From Verrucomicrobiota bacterium (GTDB lineage Bacteria > Verrucomicrobiota > Verrucomicrobiia > Opitutales > Coraliomargaritaceae), in the NCBI GenBank assembly GCA_039815375.1, contig JBCBZJ010000007.1, positions 1 through 64,000 on the forward strand: DNA of 64,000 nt, given 5' to 3'. Numbering within the stretch: position 1 is the first letter of the stretch; every line of letters starts with the position of its first letter. This document shows positions 62,294 through 64,000 of this stretch, piece after piece. The notes under the pieces are model-generated. The model was not told the DNA's origin, ran no database searches, and saw nothing but the letters and a program-made list of their open reading frames with translations. Position numbers and translations under genes: made by a program.

Positions 62294-62935
62294 ATGAAGA
62301 TTGAATCAGCGAAGTTGCGGGCCAGTGCAAAGAGTTTGGAGGATTGTCCGTCGTCCAATTTTCCGGAGTTTGCTTTCATCGGGCGCTCCAACGTGGGCAA
62401 GTCTTCACTGATTAACATGCTGACCGAGCGAAAGGAGCTGGCGCATACCTCAAGTAAGCCCGGGAAGACACAACGGATTAATCTTTTCAGTGTAAACGAT
62501 ACCTGGACCCTAGTCGACTTGCCGGGCTACGGATATGCGAAACTCTCAAAGGAGAAGCAGGGCGACTTCAATCGCGACATCAGCGCCTACTTGACTGAGC
62601 GGTCGAATCTGAAGCACGTTTTCCTCTTGGCGGATTCGCAGATTGAGCCGCAAGACGGCGATTTGGCTTTTGCGAATTGGTTACAGGAGTGCGAGGTGCC
62701 TTACTCGATTATCTTTACTAAGACCGACCGTGGTTCTGAGAACAAACTGGCCAATTACAGCGATCAATTCATTGCCGAACTTGAAGCCTATGGGCTTAAG
62801 CCGAAAAATGTTTATGCCTGCTCCGCAAAGACCAAGAAGGGGCGCGGCCCAATTCTTCAGTGGATCGACAGACAGCTTCCGAAAAAAACGAAAAAAAAGT
62901 CAGGTAAGCAAATTAACCTGAACTGGATGAAGTAG
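62294..62935 (+). CDS. yihA: Ribosome biogenesis GTPase YihA/YsxC
   Basis: GRSNVGKSSLIN, PGKT, DLPGYGYA, TKTD. Confidence 0.95.
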   Translation: MKIESAKLRASAKSLEDCPSSNFPEFAFIGRSNVGKSSLINMLTERKELAHTSSKPGKTQRINLFSVNDTWTLVDLPGYGYAKLSKEKQGDFNRDISAYLTERSNLKHVFLLADSQIEPQDGDLAFANWLQECEVPYSIIFTKTDRGSENKLANYSDQFIAELEAYGLKPKNVYACSAKTKKGRGPILQWIDRQLPKKTKKKSGKQINLNWMK

Positions 62936-62941
62936 GGCGAC

Positions 62942-63895
62942 CTACATCAGCTGCTTACGTTGGCTTGGGCTGAGCCATTTTGAAATCATGTCTATATCTT
63001 TGCTGGCCAGAGCAGCATTAATCTTTGTTCTTTGCACTGGATTCAGTGGTAGGTTCCTGACTTTGGAGAACTGAAGATGACGTTTCTGGTCGCTGGCGCG
63101 TGCAGAGCGGTAAGCATTAACGTCGTAGAGCCGTGCGACCGAGGTAAGTTCTTTCGGTGTTGCAGCCAAAGCTTCTATATCAGGTGCATAGACTCGTTTT
63201 GCGCATCCATGTGACTGAGCGGAGCGAACCAGTTTAGACCATTCGACTTCTTCCGGATTGTATCGAACTCGAACCACCTCACGTCCGTCCAGCCATCCGG
63301 CTTCTGTTTCGGCAACACCATCAATACTGCCAAGCTTTGCCTCACCATCCCAAAAACAATACATACTAAAGACGGCAGTTTTGAGCATGCTGGCCTCCTG
63401 TGCAGACAAGGCGACAGTCTTGAGGTATTCGGGAACAGGGCGCTTTGCAGATTCGAGCGCTTGAACCATTCGTGCCGCAGTCGCATGAGGTGTCCAGATG
63501 CGGTCTCTCCGTGGTATGATATCTTTACCATCAACATCAATGAAACGCATGACCTGGTAGTTCCATGCAGGCTCTTTAAAACGTTTCAGAATTTCGCGAT
63601 CGTGCCCTGAGGAGACATTGTTGCGAATCGCGAGTGGGACAAAATCGTTTTCGATTGCATCGACAATGAGCGGGTGTGTGAGCGTCTCTTGTCCGTATTT
63701 TACACAACCCTGACAGCCGGGCACTTCCTGGAAGAGAATCAAGATGGGTTTTCCGCTTTCCTTGGATTGCTCGATGGCTTGGTCGTAGTTTCGTAACCAA
63801 TCCACATCGCCTAGCTCTTTATGCGTTGCTGCCTGCGCGGCAGCAACGCTGATTATTAAAGATACCCCAAAGTGAAAATTTCTTAGAAGACTCAT
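62942..63895 (-). CDS. Exported VPGCxxC thioredoxin-like protein fused to an MsrA-like domain
   Basis: Signal peptide from ATG 63895; FQEVPGCQGC; EPAWNYQV; then TAVFSMYCFWDGE...EAGW...EVVRVRYNP, MsrA-like. Confidence 0.8.
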   Translation of the reverse strand: MSLLRNFHFGVSLIISVAAAQAATHKELGDVDWLRNYDQAIEQSKESGKPILILFQEVPGCQGCVKYGQETLTHPLIVDAIENDFVPLAIRNNVSSGHDREILKRFKEPAWNYQVMRFIDVDGKDIIPRRDRIWTPHATAARMVQALESAKRPVPEYLKTVALSAQEASMLKTAVFSMYCFWDGEAKLGSIDGVAETEAGWLDGREVVRVRYNPEEVEWSKLVRSAQSHGCAKRVYAPDIEALAATPKELTSVARLYDVNAYRSARASDQKRHLQFSKVRNLPLNPVQRTKINAALASKDIDMISKWLSPSQRKQLM

Positions 63896-64000
63896 ATTGA
63901 ATATGGAGGCAGGAGCGTCCGAGTTATTCCTGAATGAGTCGTTTTCATATTTTGCATACAACGATACGATAGCTTGCGTAGAGAATCGCGACACCGCCAA

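Noticed and set aside
63896..64000. ORF-track N-terminal extension of the last gene to 64000
   Set aside because: Edge artefact; ATG 63895 gives a proper signal peptide. Another minus frame (GGVAILYASYRIVVCKI*, stop at 63945) may be the end of an upstream gene but is too short to call.

Overview
Bacterial chromosomal window, about 50% GC by eye. Gene content (DUF1080 and Gfo/Idh/MocA proteins, sulfatase, PAS-AraC, SHD1 protein) suggests Verrucomicrobiota, probably Opitutales (inference). Left to right: (1) 1-13.5 kb glycan-utilisation region: Nramp-like transporter, two DUF1080 proteins, Tat-exported oxidoreductase, PAS-AraC, MFS, sulfatase and a GH38 protein that lacks the usual catalytic Asp. 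(2) 15.9-25.4 kb seven-gene Pil/Chp-type chemosensory operon in PatA-CheY-CheW-MCP-CheA-CheW-CheW order, with no cheR/cheB, behind a sigma-54-like promoter. (3) Housekeeping genes alaS, leuB, ribD, rdgB, truC, pheST, gatCAB, yihA. (4) 42.9-46.1 kb cluster around a radical SAM enzyme with motifs resembling tetraether-lipid synthase. (5) IS3-family end remnant, then a 46.6-54.0 kb putative modified-nucleoside scavenging locus (NMT1-type ABC transporter, DUF1152, aldo-keto reductase, deaminase, P450). The most unusual signal is non-coding: four imperfect inverted-repeat elements built from three 6-mers at 9-10 nt spacing sit just upstream of alaS, pheT, gatA and gatB, and one still carries the 3' end of a GxxExxY-family gene. 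This suggests a cassette-like element that occupies junctions in tRNA-charging operons. No rRNA, tRNA or CRISPR array was recognised. All family calls come from motif recognition by eye, not database searches.
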